From: Octopus sinensis
Taxonomy: Eukaryota
Direction of reading: 5' to 3'
Assembly: GCF_006345805.1 (NCBI RefSeq)
Contig: NC_043000.1
Location: 138,012,001 to 138,076,000 of the forward strand
DNA: 64,000 bases
How positions within the stretch are numbered: position 1 is the stretch's first letter; each line of letters starts with the position of its first letter. The notes beneath the pieces are model-generated. The model was not told the origin of the DNA. It searched no databases and saw only the letters and a list, made by a program, of their open reading frames with translations. A program made the translations under genes and the position numbers. Below are positions 1 to 11,557 of this stretch, one piece after another.

Positions 1-169
1 TTCAGTTGTCGAACAGATTGTAATTAAATTTTTCAAGGAAATAATTGACAGCTTCTTCGGTGTTTCAACTACGTAGCCCTCATCCAGATGTTTGAAAAGA
101 TCTACATAACGGAGTCATAGAATTAACTGACAACCATTTTCTTGTAAAAATGAAATTAATACCAACTTC

Positions 170-200
<31 letters not shown>

Positions 201-445
201 TGTATTATGTATGCATATATGTATGTATGTATGAATCTATGTATGTATGTATGTATGTATGTATGTAGTATGTATGTATGAATGTATGTATGTAAGTATG
301 TATGTATGTATGTATGCATATATGTATGTATGTATATATGTACGTATGTATGTATGTATGTACGTATGTATGTATGTATGTATGTATGTATGTATGTATG
401 TATGTATGTATGAATGTATGTATTTATGCATGCATGTATGTATAT
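170..445. repeat. Imperfect (TATG)n microsatellite
   Basis: Directly visible tetranucleotide array; explains the HTYI/MYVC ORFs. Confidence 0.95.
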
Positions 446-941
446 ATGTCTGTGTATTTTTATATATATATATTATATATTACATATTTTCTATTAGATT
501 GTTTCTCTCTCTTTCTTTCTCTCTCATTATATAAATACAAACATACACGCTTACACATGTGACAGCTGCCATGCGAGATTACCGCCGGAAGAGTTTCTCT
601 TGACCGAATCAACTCCTGTACTTGTTTTCAAGTCTTGTATTTATTTTATTGAAGATTTGGACAAATTGTTCAGATACGAAGAAGGAAACAAACCAATAAA
701 ACAACACCTTATTATAAAGGCGTGTGAAGTAACTATGGCAAAGACACACAATCGAACACACACACGCTCACACATACACCATGCGGTTTTCGTCAGCTAA
801 ATTTATTCACAAGGCACTGCTCAATCAATGTCTGTAAAATGCATCTACGTGATTTCGAATCAAACAACTTAAGCAAACAGACATGCCTTTATATGTATTT
901 AAATCTTGATATCATTTATATTCTGCCTTCATATGTATATA

Positions 942-1249
942 TTGTTTGTTCTTTCTCGAAGCACGCCTGGCTCATAAGGGCCGGTTTCCCGGTTTCCTTG
1001 GCGTATTAGATTCCCCACCTGGACGGGACGCCGGCCGGTCCGTCGCAGGTGAGCTGCAAGATGCAAGAGGAAAGAGTGAGAGGAAGTTGTGGCGAAAGAG
1101 TGAGCAGAAGTTCGCCATTACCTTCTGTCGGAGCCAGGCGGAGCTTAGGTGTTTCGCTCATAAACACACACATCGCCCTGTTTGAGATTCGAACCCACGA
1201 TCTCTCGACCGCCAGTCCGCTGCTCTAACTACTAGGCTATGTGCCTCTA
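942..1249 (-). mobile_element. tRNA-headed SINE, family C, alternative 3' tail
   Basis: Minus strand reads GAGGCACATAGCCTAGTAGTTAGAGCAGCGGAC...GGGTTCGAATCTC (A and B boxes), then GAGCGAAACACCTAAGCTCC...ACTCTTTCGCCACAACTT shared with 29777-30169; the 3' part differs (GCGACGGACCGGC...GTCCCGTCCAGG...AAACCGGGAAACCGGCCC). Confidence 0.85.
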
Positions 1250-1335
1250 CATATGTATATATACATGTGTGTGTGTGTAATCAACTAGGCCATGTGCCTC
1301 TACATATGTATATATACATGTGTGTGTGTGTGTGT

Positions 1336-1500
1336 AATCAATCGATCCAGGAATATCATTTCCTCATTCTATGGCTTTCTGCCGAGTTGGTAAGTTAATT
1401 GTTTTGCTCGCAGCACGATTTCTGTTCTGCTTCGATTCCGAGTTCGATTCCAGGCAGTGACCTGATTAATAATAATAATAATAATAATAATTATTATTAT
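1336..1500 (+). mobile_element. Head of the hammerhead-associated repeat without ribozyme tail (copy 1)
   Basis: 1336-1464 is identical to 1854-1982; A-box-like TGCCGAGTTGG and B box GTTCGATTCC, followed by (AAT)n that flips into (TAT)n. Confidence 0.6.
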
Positions 1501-1853
1501 TATTATTATTATTATGCGTTTACATATCTTTTCACAACAATACGTGTGCCCTATTATAGTCACAAATTAATTGGAAAATTCTGGATTTGCCATTTATCGG
1601 CTTTTGCTTGTTAGCCACCTATATTATTGTTGCTATTATTCATTTTATTAATGATAATATTTAATAATAATATCTATATAAATATTTACGAATATTCCTT
1701 CATTCAGTAATTCTATACACTGATACCGTTTTTGAATTTGGCGCTAGCTTTTCGGCGGTTACCTAGCACGACGAATCGAGCAAAGATTTCAATTCTAGGA
1801 ATATAGTGGGACCTGCTGATGATAATTAAAGGAGGGAAACACTCAAACTGTGA

Positions 1854-2156
1854 AATCAATCGATCCAGGAATATCATTTCCTCATTCTATGGCTTTCTGC
1901 CGAGTTGGTAAGTTAATTGTTTTGCTCGCAGCACGATTTCTGTTCTGCTTCGATTCCGAGTTCGATTCCAGGCAGTGACCTGGTTAATAATAATAATAAT
2001 AATAATAATAACATCGAAAAATACCTTAGGAATGAGTACCCAGGTTCGAAATTTCCCCAAGACACCTGATGAAGGCTGGAAGGCATATCTGCCGAAACGT
2101 TGTGTTAACAACAAACAAAATGAGGACAAATATCCGTCAAATGTAAATAATGTATA
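1854..2156 (+). mobile_element. Short repeat: Pol III-like head + (TAA)n + hammerhead-containing tail
   Basis: B box GTTCGATTCC near 1960-1969, (TAA)n about 1985-2010, and tail 2011-2156 homologous (about 85-90% by eye) to the reverse complement of 45830-45975. Confidence 0.7.
2061..2106 (+). ncRNA. Minimal type I hammerhead ribozyme (Penelope-type), predicted cleavage after 2101
   Basis: Helix I GACAC(2061-65)/GTGTT(2102-06); core CTGATGA(2066-72) plus extra A; helix II GGCTG/CTGCC (one mismatch); GAAA(2094-97); loop-less palindromic helix III ACGT; GUU cleavage triplet. Confidence 0.7.
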
Positions 2157-2646
2157 TATCATTGTTTTTATTATTCATTTTACTAATGATAATAATTAAT
2201 GATAATAATAGCTATATAAATATTTTCGAATATTTATTTCATTTAGTAGTTATATATAGGTATGTGTGTGTGCTTGTGTGTGTGTGTGCGTTTGCGTGTG
2301 TGATAATAAGAAATAATTAATTGCGACAGAAGTAATATTAGTACCAAAACAAACCTTGGTCTCCAACTTAACGTGAAAGTTGTGTTAGAACACAGAATAC
2401 TGCGTTATATATATGTCATGAAAACTTGTGGTGCATTTGACATAAGATCGTTTATAGATTAGAATTGTTTGCGACGACGACCGGAACTGCAAGATAACGT
2501 GATTTCACTCTGATACAGTCCCTCTGCGACAGGTGTACAGCTGCGCTATTACAGCCGAATTTGCTGTCAACGATATATAGAATATCAGCGTCTACTCAGC
2601 ACTGGTGTCAGCAATAGCCAGTGGGAATATTAAAAAATAATTAATA

Positions 2647-2674
2647 ATGAAAGAATCAGTATTAATATCAAAAG
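2647..2674 (+). CDS. Candidate first coding exon MKESVLISK (phase 1 donor)
   Basis: ATG at 2647, open to AAAG|GTAATC; phase fits the 15-nt exon at 3595. Signal-only prediction. Confidence 0.18.
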
Positions 2675-3272
2675 GTAATCTTGATCTCTGACTTAACAGG
2701 TAATTTGTGGTAGAACAAAATACTTTGTTATTTACCTGAAGAGAACCTCTCATAAGAATTTGTGGTGCTTTTGTAGGCACTTGAAATGAAATTGGTTTTA
2801 TTCATTTGTGTAAAAGAACACATAGGTGAGATATTACTTAGTAACGAGTGAAAATATTAAACATCATAAGGGAATAATTTGAAAAAGAAAAAAAAAACAG
2901 AAATGTGAATCTGAAAAGAGAACTGAAATAATTAGTAAAAATCACGTATTTAAAGTTTTGTAGAGTTTATCAGAATGTACAGAGGATGCGTTAAAATCCA
3001 AAATAACTGTGACGAAAGGTTAGTAAAATGTATGTAGATGAAACAACTGTCGCGTAGGTAAAAAGAGAGACTCCTCCACGCACGTAGTTTAGAAAGAAAA
3101 TGGCAGAGGCAACAAAATTCGTCTCTTTTAAAAGAAGGCAATGACGGGAAGAAAGCAAGAAAAGTAGTCTATGTTCGTGTATGTTGAAGAGGAGTTGTTT
3201 CAGATGTGTCACTTGGGTGTGACAAAGAAAAGTGTAATCCAAAGCGTGTGTTCTAGAGCGTAGAATGAATTA

Positions 3273-3303
3273 ATGCGTGTGGATATGTGTGTGCTTCTGA
3301 AAA
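3273..3303 (+). CDS. Candidate alternative first coding exon MRVDMCVLLK (phase 1 donor)
   Basis: ATG at 3273, open to AA|GTAAGT; phase fits the 15-nt exon at 3595. Signal-only prediction. Confidence 0.2.
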
Positions 3304-3337
3304 GTAAGTTTGGACGGGTTTGTCTCTGAATAGCAAA

Positions 3338-3339
<2 letters not shown>

Positions 3340-3403
<64 letters not shown>
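3340..3403. repeat. (TG)n microsatellite
   Basis: About 30 perfect GT units. Confidence 0.95.
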
Positions 3404-3406
<3 letters not shown>

Positions 3407-3594
3407 TATGTGTATGAAGAGTGGAGGTTTATGAGTAGCAGAGGAGATACATGTATGTTTCCGCGTATGTGAAAACTGCATGCGTGCCTCCGGAGCTTCC
3501 CTAAAGCATCCTCGTGTATTTAAACGTAGTTCACTCAAAATCAAGTGGACAGATAACCCGACACCGGTGTTTTGATTTCATTTTGCCTCCACAG

Positions 3595-3609
3595 TGAAGA
3601 ACACTCCAG
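3595..3609 (+). CDS. Candidate 15-nt frame-preserving microexon (phase 1: x-K-N-T-P-x)
   Basis: Acceptor GTTTTGATTTCATTTTGCCTCCACAG| and donor CAG|GTAAGG flank TGAAGAACACTCCAG; length is a multiple of 3. Confidence 0.4.
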
Positions 3610-3766
3610 GTAAGGACACTTACCTTCAGGGACGAACATTTCAGCTGAGCAAGAATTTTTGTCCCATTATTGGTATCCGTGAACAACGATATGTATATGC
3701 CCTGAGCGTATGTGTGTGTGTGTGTGTGTGTATGTGTATGCCTCTATCTATCTACTATCTCTCTCT

Positions 3767-3819
<53 letters not shown>

Positions 3820-5185
3820 CGTGTGTGTGTGTATGTGTGTGTGTGTATGTGTGTGTGTGTGAGTGCGTGTGTCTGTGTGTATTTAAATATTCATATATGC
3901 ATATATATACTTATAAATAAATATAAATATATATTCATGTTTGTGTGTACATATCAATATTTATCTCTGCACTGTGCATGTATGCATCAACCTATAGTGT
4001 GATAGATACATACGTAGATATGCATGTATAGATGGGTGTTTGTATGTATGTACATACGTAATGGAGATAAACTCTCTTAGGTCTCATATAAGTATTTATA
4101 CCAAGCTCACCAGTGTTTATTGCCATTATTTCCGCTTTATCAGTTCAGTTTGAATTTCACTTATAGCTATTCTTGAGGAGGAAGAATTCGGTGTTTGAGA
4201 TTTAAACCTTTTGAACACTACTATATGCCTTCTATCCAGAGAATATCCAGCTGTCACTTATTGTCTGTATATATGCATGCACATTCATACGACCCCACCC
4301 ACCAAAAAACACATACGCATATATCATTCCATACAGGAACAGATGTATGTATTTCAATAGAACTGATGTAATTAAACGAGTCTGCATATTGTTTAATTAC
4401 CGTTTAGTTAATGTGTATCCGTAATTTAGAGCTTATAGTAGATATTTCCTTCAGAATACTACATGCATATAGAGAAATAGTACACGCATTTCCATAATGG
4501 CCGTTGACGAGAATTTGTTTTAAAGTCGGCATTAGCTCACACAAATACATCTACTTTTCAACTGAACTCTACCATATTTTGATACACATATACATTTAGA
4601 GACACACACACATGTTGCTATTAATATACACACACACACAAACAAGAATCTAATCGATATAGACCCCCAATTCACTTTTAGTTTAAGTAAGAATAATTGC
4701 GGTGGAACGCGCTGAAATGAACAGCAGCGATAAACGAACCTTAATAATACGGTTATGATAATGAAGCTAAAGTAAAAAGATGGAAACTGAATGGAAGGTT
4801 TCCAGCGGCAATAATTCGCCATAATCATGGACATATAAATTCCTAAATTATAGCTGTATTCAAAAATAGAGATATAAAGCTAAGATTGTTGTAGAATTTT
4901 ATCGGAAACAGTCAACTTACTGGAACATACAATGCTTTTCAAAGTAACGACGAAGTAAAGTGAAGAAAGGCGAGGTGACATTGTGTGAGTTCAAGCAAAG
5001 CAGTCAGAGCGTTTACCTGGCCATTATATTAATAAGAGCCATATTTTATTTAGAACGTCCTTCCTGAACGAACTTCCTATATTTATAAGTATAATACTTA
5101 TATGATATATAATACTAATATATAAACATACATAAATACATGCTGATACACACGTACATACATATATACATACATACATACATAA

Positions 5186-5241
<56 letters not shown>

Positions 5242-5496
5242 ACACACACATACATACATACATACATAAACATAAATAGAGAAACAGACAGACGAGAGAT
5301 AAAAAGATAGAGAGAAGTAGCGAGAGCGAAAGAAAGAGTGTGAGAGATAAAGCTAGATATGAAGAAAAGAAATGGTGATACAGAAATCCTTTAAGCAATT
5401 CAAATATATATTATATTTTTACTTTTTATGTTGTAATAATATTTCTTATGTGTCTCACAATATTAGATATAGCTATTTTTCAGTAAAAATGTTCAA

Positions 5497-5542
<46 letters not shown>

Positions 5543-6886
5543 CTTCCCGTGCGTTAAACTAATACATCTGTTTGTTGTCTACACCACCTGTCTTCGTCTT
5601 TTATTATTTTTTTGCGAATTCTCCCCTATATAAATATATATATATATATATACATACACAGACGCACACATATGCTCATGTAAATGTGTCTATGTGCGTG
5701 TGTGTGTGTGTGAGTGCTTGTGTGTGTGTGCATATATGAATGCATTCGTTCATATAAATTAGTAAAATATTGGTCTTAAATTCGTGCAATATCACATAAT
5801 CTTTTACAATTTAATGCAATAGCTAGCTTCTCGGCCCACCCAGGGCGTATCTTGATTAGCTCCAAGGGTAGTCTGGGTAGTTGTGTCGAACTGTTCCTCA
5901 CTCGGGTGTGTTTCAGAACAAGTCATCCATATTTGTGTTTTTCTGTTTTGGGCCTTTGTACATCCGTAGATTTCTACTGAAGCAGCAAGCAATGAAGGCA
6001 AATGTAGCCCTCACCAGAAAACTCAAGCTAAAAATAACAACTAAATGTCTGGTACACAGATATGCGTTATTAAGACGACTTATCCGTGGCATACGATTTC
6101 CTTTTCTACTTTAAGTAAATTTCCAAGTAAACGGTTCTAACAGAAAGGTACAAGACACCAGAAACAAAAATAAGGAATATGCACGCACAGTTAAATATAG
6201 AAGTGTAAAGTATAATTTGTTACATAATCTCTATAATAAACATGATATTCAATGGAATAATTTCCCGTTTGAACTTTTTCATTACATATATATGTGTGTG
6301 TGAGAGAGGACCCTGAGAATAAGCATGCCCCCCTCTTGTGCTTTTTTTTCCTACGGATTCCGACCTTGTCTCCAACGGAGATTCTGAATATGCGAAAAAA
6401 GATCTACTTTTAGACTTTTTAATACACCCACTCTTTAACTTACCAATTTTTTCCCCGAAATTTTAGGACTAGGCTTAAGGGTTATATACGGATGTACAAA
6501 CGCACAAAAGGGAGAAATTGAAATAAATATGGACGACTTGTTCCAAAACACCCCCAGTAAGGAACAGTTCGCAAAAATAACCCACAATTGTTTCCCCCCA
6601 AAATTATATGTGCTTGGAATCTACATAATCGGAGGTATATTTGTAGACGATTTCATTAAAAAATATCCTTTTTCCTGAAAGTTGAGACGAATTGAAATGG
6701 ACGCCGGTGAATTTTCCGAAAATCCTTCCCATCCTCTCCTAAAACACTTTCCCCACAAAAGTGTTGTATATTCGGAGTCTACATGATATAACACATGTTT
6801 GTAAAAACTTTCATTAAAAATCATCCGTTTTTCTGAAAGTTATCATCATCTAAATTCGGCGGGGGAGGGGGAAGAAAGACTGTGGG

Positions 6887-7110
6887 AAGATGGCACCAAC
6901 TGTCATTGATCTCATAATGCATGTGCTCCCAAACGTTGCACAAAACTTTAGCAACAGTCAATGGCTGTGCGAGCGAGCCATCTTAGCTCCACGTAATGCT
7001 GCTGTCAAAAAAATCATCTGGGATCTCTTGCAGCTGTTGCCTAGACACAGTCTTTCAAATACCTCGACAGTGTCATTGATCAGGACCAAGCTGTAGTTTT
7101 TCTGTCTGAG
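6887..7110 (+). pseudogene. Helitron RepHel PIF1-like helicase fragment
   Basis: VLPNVAQNFSNSQWLCERAILAPRNAAV, then frameshifted FKYLDSVIDQDQAV; WLCERAILAP is typical of Helitron helicases. The upstream 6540-6880 block has internal direct repeats, as Helitron bodies often do. Confidence 0.8.
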
Positions 7111-7350
7111 TGAAAAGCTCCAAGGTGAATAACGAAAGAAGAAAAGTCGGAGTTTTATGTTATGCTTCTATATTTCGGGACATTTCGAAAAATGCGCGAG
7201 TTAGAAAGGTCGTTGCTCAGATGTGTACGGGAGAAAGGAGCAAAGATTGCAATTTCAGAATTATGGAGACCCTCCTTATAAACCAATTGAAACTAGCCTT
7301 TAATGACAGGAAGGAACTCCTCATATTAAATTTCATCAGGAAGTGGTGGT
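7110..7350 (+). pseudogene. Penelope-like element GIY-YIG endonuclease C-terminal relic
   Basis: Frameshifted SIF/GHFEKC followed by FRIMETLLINQLKLAFNDRKE, matching the IxExLLIxxLKPxLN motif at the end of PLE ORFs. Confidence 0.5.
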
Positions 7351-7767
7351 TAATTGTAACTTCAAGAACGTTGAACGAATAGAGAGATGAAGTATCTTCG
7401 AGGACATACAATAGTAAAGCTGACATACCGAATGTTGTAAACAAAGAAATTGTAATTAAGGGAACTTTCGACCTAGGCGCTGAGAACAAATCGTTAGCAG
7501 ATAAAAAATGTCAAAGGAGACAACCGAAAATTTTAATTAACTATTCCTGAAATGCAGTTTGTAACAGGCTACAACAGATGCGTTCTCACATATCCATTCA
7601 AAATTACTATCTTGGAACAGAAGAATACCAAAGTCTCTATAAAACTCTACGAAATATTTGAGATATGTTGGAGCAAGTACAAAATGGGGCCATAAAAGCA
7701 GTCCAATTACATGGCGAAGAATACATGAAAATAGCATTTCTTATCGACTTGGCGCATGGCATACCTG

Positions 7768-7990
7768 TGTAGTTAAGATGTTTGTTTTACAACCTCGTGC
7801 TGTCATTCAGTCGCACTGCACACCACTTTGAATGAGTGCCTTCTAACAATGGTCAAATCCTTCTAAGTGGAATTTGATAAACGGGAACTCTGTGGACGCT
7901 CGTCGTAGAGACGGTTCATGTTATTGTGTGTATAGATAAGCGTCGTTAAATCATCACCGGCTGAGCATTTTATTGGAGTTTACCATATAG
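7768..7990 (+). mobile_element. Old, degenerate family A SINE 5' part
   Basis: GTGTAGTTAAG...TTCAGTCGCACTGC...GTGCCTTCTA...AAGTGGAATTTGATAAACGGGAAC...GCTCGTCGTA aligns loosely to the family A head and core. Confidence 0.45.
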
Positions 7991-8090
7991 AAAATTATGC
8001 GCCATTTCTCGGGTGACAACATGTTCCTTTCTTACTATTAATATGGAAAGTCCTGAAAAGAGAACTGGAGCGTTAATCTTCTAAATCATA

Positions 8091-8340
8091 TTGGGTTGGT
8101 GCATAATTATTGCGGGTTTTTTTCAACAAATTTTCTTCAACAAAAATAACAACAATCCTTAACATAAACATCTTTATATGACGGGCTGACCGTCTGCCCA
8201 GCAAATAGGAAGCAGTAACTGAAGTAAATGGTGAATATGCTCCGGAATAATCCTTTAAAGATGCTTTTGTTACATGTTGTTATTGTTTGGTTGAACAAAA
8301 TTTGTTATAAAAAAGCCGCAATAATTATGCACCAACCCAA
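8091..8340. mobile_element. Mariner-derived MITE (250 bp)
   Basis: Perfect 25-bp TIR TTGGGTTGGTGCATAATTATTGCGG, imperfect IR extending about 90 bp, TA on both sides (8089-90, 8341-42); TIR resembles Hsmar1/MADE1. Confidence 0.9.
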
Positions 8341-10169
8341 TACAAACATATAATAAAAGTAGAACATCATGCGCACATATCGAACTTTATTAACGGTGTC
8401 GTATTCCTGGAGTGTAAAGCATCAAACTGACGCTTAAAAGACATTTCCCAGTAAAATTATTGATTGATGACGATCATGAACTCAGTTTTGTGAATCACCC
8501 ATCGGTTTATCATTAACACGCGTGGCATTCATGAATGGTTTTTGTTCAGGTTTTTCTTCTTTGATACATTCAATATTTATGACGTTGGTGTCCTATGAAA
8601 CGTAACATTCGGAAAAGGTAGGTTTGAAATAAAATAGTTATGGAATAAAAAAATACTTAGTCGGAAATAATCTAACTGTAATTCAACAGATTATATTATT
8701 TTTGATTATTGGGTACAAACTCTTTATCCATTTACATCAATGTCAGTATGCAAACGTGGTTATCTTCTTAGAATGGAGATTATAAAGCATTAATCAATGA
8801 CTGAGTCGACATTTGATATTTTACTCCAATTCACGTCTATTATATCCGCCACCACGAAAATTGACATCGATCACACGGGCTTCAGTTTGTAAAAGTTCTG
8901 AAATATATTCTAGATATATGAAGTTCACATAGTGACGGATTCATTTGGGCATAGTTAGCTGAAATCATTTCATCTGCGCCGTCTCATAGCCAGCTTCATA
9001 TTCTTCGGCGTCACAGAATAATTATATGGCCGATATATGTACGTACATACGTATGTATGTATATCATTATTCACTTTTATTATTCACTTTACGTAACACT
9101 TTATAAGTAAAATATTCTCTAAAGTAATAAACTGGTATCAGTACAATTGACTTTCCTTATCTCAAGTAAATTTTAAAAGTTTGGCTATGCAAAAGAAATT
9201 TACGCCAAACCCAATTATATTTGTAGATGTGTATACATCTTTTGCAAGGTCTTAACAAAATAAAGAGCCATACTGATAAAGAAAGCATTCCGACGTATAA
9301 CAATGCCCAGTGAGTGCAAAAGTAACATGTTAAATAAATATAAATTGCTCTCTGTTTTTTATTAAATCATTATTTTCGATTAATTTCTCTCGTTTTAGCT
9401 AAGTAAATCGTTGAGGCCCCAATATTATGCATGGTTCTTCGATAATACTATTATTTGCCACATCTAAAGTAACTTATTGTTGACTAATAATTTTGTCTTG
9501 CATTTATTAAAATAAATGCGCTTATCTAAACATGCGCCAATTAGAAAAATAGTTGCGCAAAGATAGGTAGGAATTGATAAGTATAAGGTCATAGACAGTA
9601 TGCAGTTAACTAAATAATGGACTGCGTAAAAAATAATTAATGAAATGAAAGTTCACCTGTAATGTTAAAAATGTTTATTCATGGAACGTCTCTCATTTTC
9701 AAGCGTTAATGATAATTTTATTCGTGTTAACAATAACAGTGGGAGAGCTCTGTAATTTATATAAATTACATATTACATGCCGACATGTACAGTGGAATGA
9801 GTTTGATACCTGGTAGTCGCAGTGGAAATGTATTCATCTTAGATCTGATAATATGGCGTTTGGTAGAGTTCTTAGAATAAATCGAGTAGACATATGGACA
9901 TATTTTTGTGCTAATATACACTAACTTGGAAATTAAAAGTAATGACTCTGGAAAATATATCAATAACTTTTATAGTTAAGTATTAAGCAGATATAATTTT
10001 TAAAAATGAGTTAAAATCTATGTCCCTTAATCCACAGAAATTTCTGCAGTGAGAAGAAACGTTAATAATGGGTTTTGAAAATAAAGACAAGAGAAACCAT
10101 TCGGACGTTTCCTTCGTTTAAAACTGTATGAGAATAACTGGAATAGAGCTGAGTACGTTAAATGTACTT

Positions 10170-10410
10170 AGGCATCAAGGTTGATGGATTATACTTTCCC
10201 CTCCCACAAGTAGCCTACGGTGAGGTTTGAACTCGAAACGCAAGAGCCGGAACAAATACTATATAACATTTCTGTACAGTCCAATGCACTAACCTTAACA
10301 AGTCCCCCTGTTTACCACACTAAGTTTGTACATCATTGATTTCGGAGGGATGAAATGCAGAGATGACCTTGGTGGTATTTGAACCCAGAACATAGGGACC
10401 TGGTGGAAAA
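10170..10410 (-). mobile_element. Two degenerate family B variant SINE fragments
   Basis: GGTTTGAACTC and GATGAAATGCAGAGATGACCTTGGTGGTATTTGAACCCAGAAC match the reverse complement of the family B head/core. Confidence 0.5.
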
Positions 10411-10940
10411 CCTTTTTAAATAAGATTGGTCTTCGATTATATCAATTAAAAAAATATTCCAATGTAATGATATTCCCTCAAACGTATTTTCAGAAGGCCG
10501 TAGGTTTCATCACCGCTGTTCTCTGTAGTGAAAAGAAAAGCAATCTGATATATTAAGAGTTTCCCTTTGTCCTTCTGCCACAATACATCATATTACTTTT
10601 CTCTCCTCGGCATACGATCTTATCTAAACCCTCAAACTTTATTGTATACACCTTGCCAATGCAGACCCTCAACAAGTTCCTTTTATCTTTTCCGTTTTCC
10701 TTTCAAACTTAAGAAAGATATTTATGCGAATTTCCTTTATCAACTGATAGGGATCTGTGTAAAAAATTTTCCGCGTAAATATAATATAAGGTAGTAATAA
10801 TATATATAATATAATAATATATAACGAAATAATAATATATATAATATATATTGCGGAAAAGTAAGGGGAAATGATGATATACATTTAATTGAAGAACATC
10901 TACTCTTATTTATGTACCATTTATTTATTTCATATTTGTC

Positions 10941-11330
10941 ACTCTTTTACTCTTTTCTTGTTTCAGTCATTTGACTGTGGCTATGCTGAAGCACCGCCTT
11001 TAGTCGAACAAATCGACCCCAGGATTTATTCTTTGTAAGCCTAGTACTTATTCTATCGGTCTATTTTGCCGAACCACTAAGTTACGAAGTCGTAAACACA
11101 CCAGCATCGGTTGTCAAGCGATGGTGGGAGGACAAACACAGACACAAACATATACACGCACACATATACATATATACGACGGGATTCTTTCAGTTTCCGC
11201 CTACCAAATCTGCTCACAAGGCTTTGGTCGGCCCGAGGCTATAGAAGAAGACACTTGCCCAAAGTGGGGATGAACCCAGAACCATGTGGTTCGTAAGCAT
11301 CTACTTACCATACAGCCACTCCTACGCCTA
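10941..11330 (-). mobile_element. tRNA-headed SINE family A (CORE-like centre, internal (TA)(TG) tract)
   Basis: Reverse complement of the consensus shared with 15524, 16813, 30781, 38074 and 61657; small deletion in the core. Confidence 0.92.
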
Positions 11331-11557
11331 TGTCGGGAATAATTATTTTGAAATTTCATTACTGGTGTGAATTATGCATTATAACTTTTGAAATATGCTG
11401 CAAAGAGATATTGTGGATGCCATTATAAACAAATATATTTCTGTTTGTTGGTAAGCATTCAGTCACTAATACTCTTCAACGTCATGTCAAATAAGCGAGC
11501 TATTACATTTACTGAACTAGACTATCGATTCCTTTGAATTTATACCACACCAAAATA

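Noticed and set aside
1816-1842. CTGATGA...GAAAC just upstream of the ribozyme element
   Set aside because: The intervening TAATTAAAGGAGG cannot form helix II.
1975-2199. ORF KNTLGMSTQVRNFPKTPDEGW..., also open in the 45792-46052 copy
   Set aside because: Starts inside (TAA)n and overlaps the ribozyme; the PDEG...PKR pattern follows from the hammerhead sequence.
8550-8617. 68-nt exon-like segment with good splice sites
   Set aside because: Stops in all three frames; at most a non-coding exon.
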